Virus record (IMG/VR): IMGVR_UViG_3300025875_000010
Coordinates: 13,292 to 77,291 of that record
DNA length: 64,000 bases
Source: a virus
Lineage: Duplodnaviria; Caudoviricetes
Reading direction: 5' to 3' (one strand)
A model generated the notes under the pieces. The model made no database searches. It saw only the letters and a program-made list of their open reading frames with translations, and was not told the origin of the DNA. This document shows, piece after piece, positions 21,419 through 30,052 of this stretch. Positions within the stretch are counted from its first letter, which is position 1. Each line of letters begins with the position of its first letter. Made by a program: the position numbers and the translations under genes.

Positions 21419-22131
21419 TTATTCCGACTCAAATCCAAATCCGAGTTCGGCGTATTCCTGTCTCTGCACTTCATTTTCACCAAGCATCTTAACTGAAGCT
21501 CGACGCCTTACCTCATCTAGTCTTTCCTGAACAGGATTGCTTTCATTCTTGTCCAAATCTATTCCCTGAATTGCTGCTTGAAAATGTCTTTGTGTTCTTT
21601 CTGCCTTTCGCTTATGCTCAAGAATAAGCATCAATTCCGGCATACTTAGATTCTCTTCTAAGTCATCAAAATTCATCCATCGTCCTAATTGAAAGACTTC
21701 TGCCTCTAACTCTGCTAGTTCTAGCTCTGACCATCTTGTTCCGCTGCCACCTGCTGGGCCGCCGCTAACTCCATCGCCTGCTCCACTAGTTTTGGGTCGT
21801 TAAGCTTCACTCCCAAGAAAATTTCAATTACCTTAAACATTGTATCATAATCAAATAGTTCTTCCAGAAGCTCATAATTAGTTACCTTGCGTCCGGTCTT
21901 TTCTCCGTCGTCACCGATCTCGTCAGTTTCAAAATCTTCTCTCTGACGCTTTAAGCAAAGGCATACAATATCTAGAAGTGCATGCACTCCCTCATCATTG
22001 TCATCTACTTCGCCCAGCTTAGCTAGCAACTCATTACCCTTACGAGTTACCTTAATGTTTGCTGGCTTGCAGGTAATTGTTGAATTATCATCTAGAACTA
22101 GTTCTTGCACTTCATATACTGTGGTTGCCAT
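21419..22131 (-). CDS. tail assembly chaperone, long form via -1 programmed frameshift
   Basis: C CCA AAA heptamer at 21790-21796; -1 frame open from there into ORF 21419..21676. Confidence 0.75.
21721..22131 (-). CDS. tail assembly chaperone (short form)
   Basis: 136 aa between major tail and tape measure. Confidence 0.8.
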   Translation of the reverse strand: MATTVYEVQELVLDDNSTITCKPANIKVTRKGNELLAKLGEVDDNDEGVHALLDIVCLCLKRQREDFETDEIGDDGEKTGRKVTNYELLEELFDYDTMFKVIEIFLGVKLNDPKLVEQAMELAAAQQVAAEQDGQS

Positions 22132-22205
22132 TGTTCTCCTTAGGTTATTTAATGATTTTAGTATACCGTCTTTTCTTCAAAAAGCAAAATCTTAGACGAC
22201 TAAGA

Positions 22206-22238
22206 ATTGAAAAAACCCCCAGATTTCTCTAGGGGCTC
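22206..22238 (-). terminator. intrinsic terminator after major tail gene
   Basis: GCCCCTAG-loop-CTGGGGGT followed by T-run on minus strand. Confidence 0.75.
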
Positions 22239-22253
22239 CTTCAAAAACTAGGA

Positions 22254-22892
22254 TCACACAACAGTTGTTAGAAGTGGGGATACCGCTCTATCTGTAATGG
22301 TTCCGTATGCTGCTCCACCAGACGCGCTAGCGTTTGGAAGGCAGCGGAAGCTGGCTGGAAGTCCAGTAGCCTCAGCCCTACGTAGCGCAAAGCTTGAGCT
22401 TTCGGTCTGAATTGCACGGTAAATGCGGTAGACTCGCTCCTGTGCTGCATTTGCATCCGTTACCGGACCAGGACCAACGAAGAGCAAAGCGCGCTCCTGT
22501 GGAGCGTCACCTAGATTACCAGCAGAGATATTGACCGTTCCGCCAACAGGTGCTCCACTCTGACCCCAAACAATTAGAAGGTTCTCTAGAGTTGCCTCGG
22601 CCAAAGTAGTATTAACTGTTACACGCATTCCCTGCTTGAACAATCTTGCGGAGTCAAGCATCTGGTCAACCTCAACCTCACCGTAGTCAGGCTCATAAGA
22701 TAGCTCAACGCCCTCCATGGTGAATCCGACAGGAGCCATTGCTGCTGTTGGAGTGTTTCCAGTTCTTGGAACTGGAATTGCAACATTGTTGCTTGCGGCC
22801 AAAGTAGTTGGAACGTTTCCCTCTGGCATTTCACCAGTTGGACCGACCCAGAAATTAGCTGCACCAACGATGATGTTCTTTGTATTTGCCAT
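22254..22892 (-). CDS. major tail protein
   Basis: 212 aa; NIIVGAA, GFTMEGVELSYEP, TTLAEATLENL motifs. Confidence 0.85.
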   Translation of the reverse strand: MANTKNIIVGAANFWVGPTGEMPEGNVPTTLAASNNVAIPVPRTGNTPTAAMAPVGFTMEGVELSYEPDYGEVEVDQMLDSARLFKQGMRVTVNTTLAEATLENLLIVWGQSGAPVGGTVNISAGNLGDAPQERALLFVGPGPVTDANAAQERVYRIYRAIQTESSSFALRRAEATGLPASFRCLPNASASGGAAYGTITDRAVSPLLTTVV

Positions 22893-22985
22893 TAGTATTT
22901 ATTCACCTCCCAAAAGTGAAAGTATTGCTGGCTAGGCATTTATCTTCTCGTACATATCATAACGCCTAACCCTTAAAATTCAAAA

Positions 22986-23492
22986 TCACTGAGTGTTCTC
23001 AACATAACTGGCTGCTATAGTAACCAAAGCTTCGCTCGATCCTTGTTCTGAACCGGCGGGCATCTGAGCACCTAACACCTGCACATTGATGTGCGTAAAG
23101 CGATATCTTTTCTGTAGCGCCGTACCGTTTGCCACTACAAAGTCATTAACCCTGCGAGCGGCAGCCTCATAATCTTGAAATTCTTTTTCAAACAAATTGA
23201 TCAACTTACCCATTGCCTCGTCATCTGTAGAACGAATAGAATAAGCAATGTTGTGTGTTTTCATCCACCAATTAACTCCATTGTTAATTCTACTCCATGA
23301 GTAAACGAGAAAAGGAAATGAACCAATGCCTGGCTGTGCATCAATAATCTGTAGTAGCTCTGGAATTTCTTCAACCGGTACGATAGGCACCAGACCACTG
23401 TAATTAGTCTCAGTCAAGATGCCTTCTCCTTTAATTCTGCTCCACAAATACTTATTCAAAGCATGAACAGGAAACACTTTATCAATAACCAT
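22986..23492 (-). CDS. tail terminator-like protein
   Basis: 168 aa immediately upstream of major tail gene. Confidence 0.55.
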   Translation of the reverse strand: MVIDKVFPVHALNKYLWSRIKGEGILTETNYSGLVPIVPVEEIPELLQIIDAQPGIGSFPFLVYSWSRINNGVNWWMKTHNIAYSIRSTDDEAMGKLINLFEKEFQDYEAAARRVNDFVVANGTALQKRYRFTHINVQVLGAQMPAGSEQGSSEALVTIAASYVENTQ

Positions 23493-24309
23493 ATAGTTTC
23501 ATCCTCCTTCTTCTCGCTCGACGTACGTAATCAATTCGATTATCGTCCATGTGCTTCTTAGCTAAACGTTCGCCGGTCTTTTCATCAAGAACGTTAATTC
23601 CCAAATCTTTTCTTCTTCTACGTGTCGCTTGCTTGGCAATCTTTGATAGATCACCGGGCCTAATTACATCTGCCTCTAGCATTGGTTTTACGTTTCTCTC
23701 ATATTCTCCCGGCGCAACCTGGCTCCACCATGTAACGAAAAAACTACTAAAAACTCCGGTAGTTGTTTTATATCCCGGTGTTGTGTTGACCTCTCCCTGC
23801 CTATAGTAAACGACTCCATCTTTCACAAATGACATTCCTTTGACGCCCGGCAGCTTTGGTCGAATGTTGACCGGGATGCCGTACTCCATGACAGGAGCCT
23901 TCCATGTAAAAATGTGAACGCCTGGATTAACTCCAAGCTCTAGCAATTCCGGCTCAATTGGGCTTGGTCTGGTTTCTGGTAGAAAAGTGAACCCAATAGC
24001 TCTATTCTTTCCTTGCCCTACACTGACCAACTTCCATAGTCTATTTGCTGGGCTACCTACCAGACTTCTATCTCCATAAGTGTCTCCCCAATTGTAAACA
24101 TGGTAAAAATGCTCCCTACCCTCGTTACTTGCTGCTGCAATATCAGCTTCTTCTTCAAATTTTCTTGATAGCTGCTGTGTGGCAAATTCAACTGCGCCGT
24201 CAACGTACCGACGTGTGGAAATATTGTCTGCAATTCCCTTAATATATCCATTAACAATTCCCGTCTCACCTTCGTCCATCGAAAAATCAACCCACTTTTT
24301 TCCGGCCAT
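23482..24309 (-). CDS. neck/head-tail region protein
   Basis: 275 aa in head-tail block. Confidence 0.55.
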   Translation of the reverse strand: MAGKKWVDFSMDEGETGIVNGYIKGIADNISTRRYVDGAVEFATQQLSRKFEEEADIAAASNEGREHFYHVYNWGDTYGDRSLVGSPANRLWKLVSVGQGKNRAIGFTFLPETRPSPIEPELLELGVNPGVHIFTWKAPVMEYGIPVNIRPKLPGVKGMSFVKDGVVYYRQGEVNTTPGYKTTTGVFSSFFVTWWSQVAPGEYERNVKPMLEADVIRPGDLSKIAKQATRRRRKDLGINVLDEKTGERLAKKHMDDNRIDYVRRARRRRMKLYGY

Positions 24310-24857
24310 TACTGTTCCTCTGACCTTTTCAAGACAGTCAAGTTGTCAATATGCTTTCCGAATGGATCAAATGTTGGTGTGACTCCTTGAACTTCAAATA
24401 CCGTTGGCAATCCGGTCTCTTCCTCTTGCCACAAGATTGCATCATTACTACCTCTAATGTTTGTAACAAGCTGTCTGCGGTTTAACACATATTTAGCAGG
24501 AAATACCATCTGAATTGCTTCAAATGGCATATACTTTCCATCTAGAAAGTTTTCATTGTTTGCTGATGAGCGAAAACCTACTTCTGGGAACCCACGCACG
24601 TAACATTCAATATCGAATCTATTAGTAGTTGGCTTCCATGTGGTCCCTCTATCTCTTTTGATAGGTGTCGCCACGGCAGCATCTTCTCGCCACTCCTTTT
24701 TAATGCCTCCGGTCTCGGGGTCCTGCACAACTTCCCAGTGTCCACTCTTAATTAAATCCTCAGCACTAGGAGTTTCTTCCGCAGCATTAACTGAGGCATA
24801 CTCATTAAGAACAGTTGCCTTCATATTAAATCGAACACCTAAAAGAGTATGAATCAT
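24309..24857 (-). CDS. head-to-tail stopper-like protein
   Basis: 182 aa; position and VFEVQGVTPTFDPFG motif. Confidence 0.6.
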   Translation of the reverse strand: MIHTLLGVRFNMKATVLNEYASVNAAEETPSAEDLIKSGHWEVVQDPETGGIKKEWREDAAVATPIKRDRGTTWKPTTNRFDIECYVRGFPEVGFRSSANNENFLDGKYMPFEAIQMVFPAKYVLNRRQLVTNIRGSNDAILWQEEETGLPTVFEVQGVTPTFDPFGKHIDNLTVLKRSEEQ

Positions 24858-25732
24858 ATAATCACCATGCCCTGCCTGCGATATGGCTCTAGCAGATCAT
24901 CCGCACGCTTGTTGCCCGTTCCACGGAAGGCACCGGCAGAATACATTAGATTCCAATCTCCGGACTTCATGGATTCTAGGTAACGATCACGGTAGATTGT
25001 CTCACCACTTCCATAGTCTTTAGCTAGCAGCAATGCGGCCTGACGGATATCATCTGGTACTGAATAATATCCCCACTCTCCCTCAATTTCATAAGTAGTG
25101 CCCGAACGGAACTTCTTCCAATAGGAATCTGGAACTACGATGACTCCACTAACAAGCTGAACATTATCGATATAGTCCTCTGGTGGCATTTCTTTAATGG
25201 TGAAATAGTTCTTATTACCTACGTATAGGTACCAACCATCGTTAGAGGTATTAAAATATCCAACCGGGCCTCCCTTGATTCTATGGACGCGCATTAGACG
25301 TTTAGGCAAAGCGATCTTTTTTTCTCCATTGCCCACCACGCTGCATGTTCCTATTTCATAACCAAAGTCTTGCTGAGTGTAAGTTTCTATAAAAATACGA
25401 ACCTGCTCTTCCAAATCCTTCAACTCGCCATCAGCAATATGAACATCTTGGAAAACCGTTTTTAGATCACTCAATGAAACTAGCGGTGTAATAACTTCAA
25501 CTGAGGTTGTCCTCTTAAAAGGATTGTCCCACGTTCCGCCGACCCACTCAATATCCAATCTTCCATCAAACTGAGTCTGGACATAAGTTAACTCTAATTC
25601 ATAATTTGGGGCTGGCATTAAACCGACCTGCCTGTGAATCTCTTGACCATCCTTATAGACAATTGCAGTCAATGGACCGGGAAATGGATGTTCAAAAGTT
25701 ACAGTTGCATTAGTGTCACGGTAAACGCTCAT
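24854..25732 (-). CDS. head-to-tail adaptor
   Basis: 292 aa; IEGEWGYYSVPDDIRQAALLL, ADDLLEPYRR; leaderless promoter TTGATA-17-TACAAT-6-ATG. Confidence 0.75.
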   Translation of the reverse strand: MSVYRDTNATVTFEHPFPGPLTAIVYKDGQEIHRQVGLMPAPNYELELTYVQTQFDGRLDIEWVGGTWDNPFKRTTSVEVITPLVSLSDLKTVFQDVHIADGELKDLEEQVRIFIETYTQQDFGYEIGTCSVVGNGEKKIALPKRLMRVHRIKGGPVGYFNTSNDGWYLYVGNKNYFTIKEMPPEDYIDNVQLVSGVIVVPDSYWKKFRSGTTYEIEGEWGYYSVPDDIRQAALLLAKDYGSGETIYRDRYLESMKSGDWNLMYSAGAFRGTGNKRADDLLEPYRRQGMVII

Positions 25733-25763
25733 TCTTATATTGTAATGGCTCCTTAGTTATTTA

Positions 25764-28700
25764 TCAAACTGTGCGATTGACTGTAGCCTCAACAACACCA
25801 GCCTGTAGCTTAGCTCCAAGGGGACCATACGTATACAAACCAATATTATAATTACTACCCCAACGCTCACCGGCTGCCCAGTACGTCACACTAACTCCCG
25901 CATCATTAAGAACAGTGTATGCAGACTGACCGACAGCATTCCACTGGGCCGTAGCAGGCCAACCGATTTCACCAATAAGACCCTTTTGGTTGTGCGTAGC
26001 AAGCCATTCAGTAAAATCATTAAGCTCATCTATTACACGAGCAGATAGATTTGCATAACCACGATTGACCGCATCAGTATTTACCACATCATAAGATTCT
26101 GCGTAAACTCCATTATTAGCAGGATCAAAGTAATAATGAGCCTCGTATACGGTCTTATTGGCGGGATCAGTAATCCAAGGGTTACCGTTCTTTAGTGCCC
26201 ATTCTTTAGCTCCGCTCCAAGAATCACCGGCAATATAAATTATTCTGGTGTCACCAGTTCCTCTAATTGCAGTTACAGCAGCCTGGGAAGCAGACTTCCA
26301 CGGAGTCAACCCGGCGGCGCCCAAAGAGCCTTGAGCAAAATTATCAATATCAACAGTGTATGATGTTCCTGAAACAGCATCATTAGAGTCAATTTGAACC
26401 GCAAAAGCGTTAGACGTAAAGTCAGAATCATAGGTAGCCACGACGTTAACCGCAACTCCTGGAATTAACTGAGATACCGTTGCGCCCGTGTCTGCGCGCG
26501 TGTGTGTGATGTTAGGTGCTGTCACCCACTGGTAGCTAGAATTCTGATATTGTGGCATGGCTCTCCATACACCCGCTGTACCGGCTGCTAGTGTCACCTG
26601 AATAGAAAGTGATCTTCCTGTCAACGTGCCTCCCAGCTTTTGCCCAGCGTCATCACGACGAATTGCCAAGAATCCAGATGAAGATGCAGTTGCAACAAGA
26701 CGAAGTTTTCCGCTAGTACTACTTGCTGTTACTGTACCGCCACCGCCGGTCCATCCCTGAATACTGGTAGCCCAATCGTATCTTGTGGTGCCAGTAAACG
26801 CGCCAACGGGTGCGGGCGGAAGATCATGAGGCTCATTCATCAAACCCCATCCCACAATAGAAGTCTTACCAGCAAAACGCTGCTGCAACTTCGTCCACAC
26901 ATCAGCAAAATTTGCATCAGTCAAGCCTGCTCCAAACATAACCTCAGTATCATCAGTCTTTACAAATCGACCATAATTATGGAGATCAGGAATAACATAC
27001 AAGCCAGCAGCAGATGCTCTATCAATGGCATCTGATAGTTCTGTGATGCCTGGCTCAGACAACGCTCCACCGAGAACATTCTGTACTCTTTCCCAACGGA
27101 AAGGCATTCTTACTACCTTGTGACCTCTTGAATAGTAATAATCAAGGGATGCCCTAGAGTCATAAGAATAATCTGTGCTGTATACTCCCGGCAAAGAAAG
27201 TGGTTCATGAGCAAACTCTCCACCGGCTGAGTTAACTCCACGTAGAGTTACGGGAACGGCAGAAGCAGTTAAGGCAGCAGTTGCTGTTGCCTCTCCACCA
27301 ACGCCAACAGCTTTAAGTTCAATAGTTTGTCCTGCTGTCATCTGATACGAAGTTAACTGAGTATCAATCTCAACCCACGCACCGGCGTTTGCCCTGATGT
27401 AAAGCAAATCGGGCAATCCGGTTACCGTGAAGGTTACCAAACCAGAAGCGTTAATTTTTAGATTGTTAATTGTTGGTGGAAGAATTCTGTGAAACTTAGG
27501 CCAATAAATTCCCAGATTAGGAACATTGTTAGCATTGTCTACACAGCTTACAACTAACCCTGTACCGGCCAGACCGGGGTGAGCCTTGTAAGCATAAGTT
27601 GCCAATCCCGAAGCAACAGGCTTTTTGAAGTGGGCTGTATTCTCATAAGCTTCCCTCTCGGAATAAGCCTTAAGCGTACACTGAGCAACAGTCTTATCAG
27701 CAAACCCTCCACCCCAAAATGGAGTGTACTGAATGCGAAGAGTTCCGTTTGGATTAATGGATCTTATAACTGCATCATAACCAGGATCATCTTTAACGTG
27801 ATCGCCAATCTGAAAAGTTGGTGGTGGTGGTCTGTATCCACCGCCCGGAGCTACTACAAAATTACCATTGCCATCCTTGGCGCTAACTCGCACTCCACCG
27901 CGCATAAATGGGAAGCTTCCAACACAATCTACAATAACATACCGGCCGTCGGACCTTTTGTGTACACTCCCCTCAGAGGTGTCTGGATTCTCAGAAATTA
28001 CAAAACCTTGAATTGGATCTGTTGACCAACCTCCAAAACCATTGTAATATTCTATGTTTGCTTGTGTACCTATTCCGGTAAAGTTAGCTGTAGACCAACG
28101 GCACAAGACCCATCCACTGAATCTATTAATAGCAAATATATGAATGTAGCCACCTTCGATGGATGGGCTGAATACTGGACGGAAGCCAGTATCTCCACTA
28201 GCATAAAGCAATGTAGATACCCAAGTTGTAATATTAGTCGTCTTGGCATTTGGCACCCTGTGAACGCACCATCCCCACTCTCCACCTAACGGATTATTTG
28301 ATTGAACGCGCATAGAGAGAACATACAGGTCATTTCCAATAAACACTCCGTCCATCGGCCACGAATAATGTGTATCTGAAATTGGGAACCAACGCAAGCT
28401 AGGACTCGTTGCCTTGTAGAATGTTACCGTAGAAGTAGAAAGATCAGGACCAGACTGAATAGCTAAACTGTCGTTAGTCATAACTGATCCGTTACGATCT
28501 ACTGGAATTCCTGTTGCTGAATCTCTCCAATAGGTATCAGCAAACAGCCACAAAACCCGGCCGGTTCCATCATTAAACGGAATGCTTCTAGCAGAGTCTG
28601 CACCCAGCCATCTGCCAGTATTACCGGTCCTTGGATCAAACTTAATATCTAGATCAGGAGCAGGCTGAACATTATACGCTTGTGTGTGTGTGTACACCAT

Positions 28701-28787
28701 TTCATTACCGGCGAAAATTCTATCAATTCGATTAGCACCCGCTTTGAGTTTACCGAAAGTATTGCTGCCCATTTTAACTGTTGGCAT
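25764..28787 (-). CDS. multidomain virion-associated glycosidase: DUF4185/DUF5005-like propeller + GH5 catalytic domain with inserted beta-sandwich
   Basis: WLGADS..RVLWLFADT propeller motif; RMPFRWER, DLHNY, MNEPH, EAHYY, IGEIG GH5 motifs. Confidence 0.8.
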   Translation of the reverse strand: MPTVKMGSNTFGKLKAGANRIDRIFAGNEMVYTHTQAYNVQPAPDLDIKFDPRTGNTGRWLGADSARSIPFNDGTGRVLWLFADTYWRDSATGIPVDRNGSVMTNDSLAIQSGPDLSTSTVTFYKATSPSLRWFPISDTHYSWPMDGVFIGNDLYVLSMRVQSNNPLGGEWGWCVHRVPNAKTTNITTWVSTLLYASGDTGFRPVFSPSIEGGYIHIFAINRFSGWVLCRWSTANFTGIGTQANIEYYNGFGGWSTDPIQGFVISENPDTSEGSVHKRSDGRYVIVDCVGSFPFMRGGVRVSAKDGNGNFVVAPGGGYRPPPPTFQIGDHVKDDPGYDAVIRSINPNGTLRIQYTPFWGGGFADKTVAQCTLKAYSEREAYENTAHFKKPVASGLATYAYKAHPGLAGTGLVVSCVDNANNVPNLGIYWPKFHRILPPTINNLKINASGLVTFTVTGLPDLLYIRANAGAWVEIDTQLTSYQMTAGQTIELKAVGVGGEATATAALTASAVPVTLRGVNSAGGEFAHEPLSLPGVYSTDYSYDSRASLDYYYSRGHKVVRMPFRWERVQNVLGGALSEPGITELSDAIDRASAAGLYVIPDLHNYGRFVKTDDTEVMFGAGLTDANFADVWTKLQQRFAGKTSIVGWGLMNEPHDLPPAPVGAFTGTTRYDWATSIQGWTGGGGTVTASSTSGKLRLVATASSSGFLAIRRDDAGQKLGGTLTGRSLSIQVTLAAGTAGVWRAMPQYQNSSYQWVTAPNITHTRADTGATVSQLIPGVAVNVVATYDSDFTSNAFAVQIDSNDAVSGTSYTVDIDNFAQGSLGAAGLTPWKSASQAAVTAIRGTGDTRIIYIAGDSWSGAKEWALKNGNPWITDPANKTVYEAHYYFDPANNGVYAESYDVVNTDAVNRGYANLSARVIDELNDFTEWLATHNQKGLIGEIGWPATAQWNAVGQSAYTVLNDAGVSVTYWAAGERWGSNYNIGLYTYGPLGAKLQAGVVEATVNRTV

Positions 28788-28790
28788 ATG

Positions 28791-30014
28791 TCACCCCTGA
28801 ATCACATAAAGTGTTGTAGCTACCTTGGTTGCCAGGGCATCATAAGCGGACTGAGTAATTGATCTTACTTCTGTGATTCCTACTCCCGTAACCTTGGTGT
28901 CAACTAGCGGCTTAAGGCTAGCTGGTGTAACTGCTCTGAATTGCTCTGTACCGGTATTTGTCTCGGTGACAGAAGCCAATTCAATAATTCCAGCTACCGA
29001 TGTAGTAGCTGGGCGAACGGTTGGAGCCGTAGCTGTACCCGTTAGGTCACCGGCAAGTTGAATTAGACCCGGCGTTGTTGTAGTTGCATTTGGTGGGGTA
29101 TAATCTCCGGCTTTGGCTGTACCGGCTATAGTGCCAATCACCAAACTAGAAGTACCAGCGCCAATAGTAGTTCTAACTGTGGCCGCATCGACAGAAGTAA
29201 TGATGGTACGACCGATGGGTGTTGAGTCAGTAATATTAGCAGACGTAACTGTACCACCGGTTCCACCTCCTGGCGTTGACCATGTGCCATCACCTCGAAG
29301 ATATGTAGTTGCATCTCTTGTTCCTGTGGCTGTCAAATCAGTAACGACGTGAGTGTGAGCTAAAGGAGTTCTAGCATCACTAAGTCTCGAATCATTACCG
29401 GCCGCTGCCGTACCTGCCGTTGTACCAATAACAAGACTTGATGTTCCAGAGCCCGTAGCTGTACGCACAGCAGCAGCATCGACAGCAGTTAATATGGTTC
29501 TACCAATTGCTGTTGAATTGGAAATATCTGTCGCCGTATGAGTGTGAATAGTGTTTGCCTTACCAGCCAAACCGGGAACCGTTGGTGCTGCTGCTGTACC
29601 GGCCAAGTCACCGGCAAGTTGAATAATTCCCTTTGCTGTAGTTGTAGCGTCAGTACCCCCAGCACCCGTTTGCCCCTGGGGAATTCCTATGTTAAGAGTC
29701 TGATTCGGCGCGGCGCCCGTGATGGTCGCAGTTGCGCTAGCACCAGCAGCCAAAGTGCTTACCGTACCAATCGACAAAACATTAGTTGGGCCAGTTTCTC
29801 CGATAGCACCTCTAGGAATTCCTAGAGCAAGCGTGCGGGCGGAAGGAGTACCCCCTAATGTTACTGTGGGGGTAGCTCCCGCCGCTAACGCGCTAGCAGA
29901 GGCGCTGGTAATTGTACCGGCAGGTCCCTGCGAACCGGTAGGACCAGCATATCCAGGCACCTCAACGGTGATGACTTCAATGTCATCTGGGCTGTATGGA
30001 ATCGGCATGGTCAT
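28791..30014 (-). CDS. fibre protein with collagen-like and Thr/Ala repeats
   Basis: GPTGSQGPAG, LALGIPRG, repeated GIIQLAGDL and ISNSTAIGRTILTA; C-terminal SITQSAYDALATKVATTLYVI. Confidence 0.7.
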   Translation of the reverse strand: MTMPIPYSPDDIEVITVEVPGYAGPTGSQGPAGTITSASASALAAGATPTVTLGGTPSARTLALGIPRGAIGETGPTNVLSIGTVSTLAAGASATATITGAAPNQTLNIGIPQGQTGAGGTDATTTAKGIIQLAGDLAGTAAAPTVPGLAGKANTIHTHTATDISNSTAIGRTILTAVDAAAVRTATGSGTSSLVIGTTAGTAAAGNDSRLSDARTPLAHTHVVTDLTATGTRDATTYLRGDGTWSTPGGGTGGTVTSANITDSTPIGRTIITSVDAATVRTTIGAGTSSLVIGTIAGTAKAGDYTPPNATTTTPGLIQLAGDLTGTATAPTVRPATTSVAGIIELASVTETNTGTEQFRAVTPASLKPLVDTKVTGVGITEVRSITQSAYDALATKVATTLYVIQG

Positions 30015-30052
30015 GACCTGATTATACCTGCTCCATGATTATTTAGCAAAAA

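Noticed and set aside
29700-29960. Diversity-generating retroelement behind the fibre repeats
   Set aside because: No reverse transcriptase and no template/variable repeat pair with adenine-specific differences seen.
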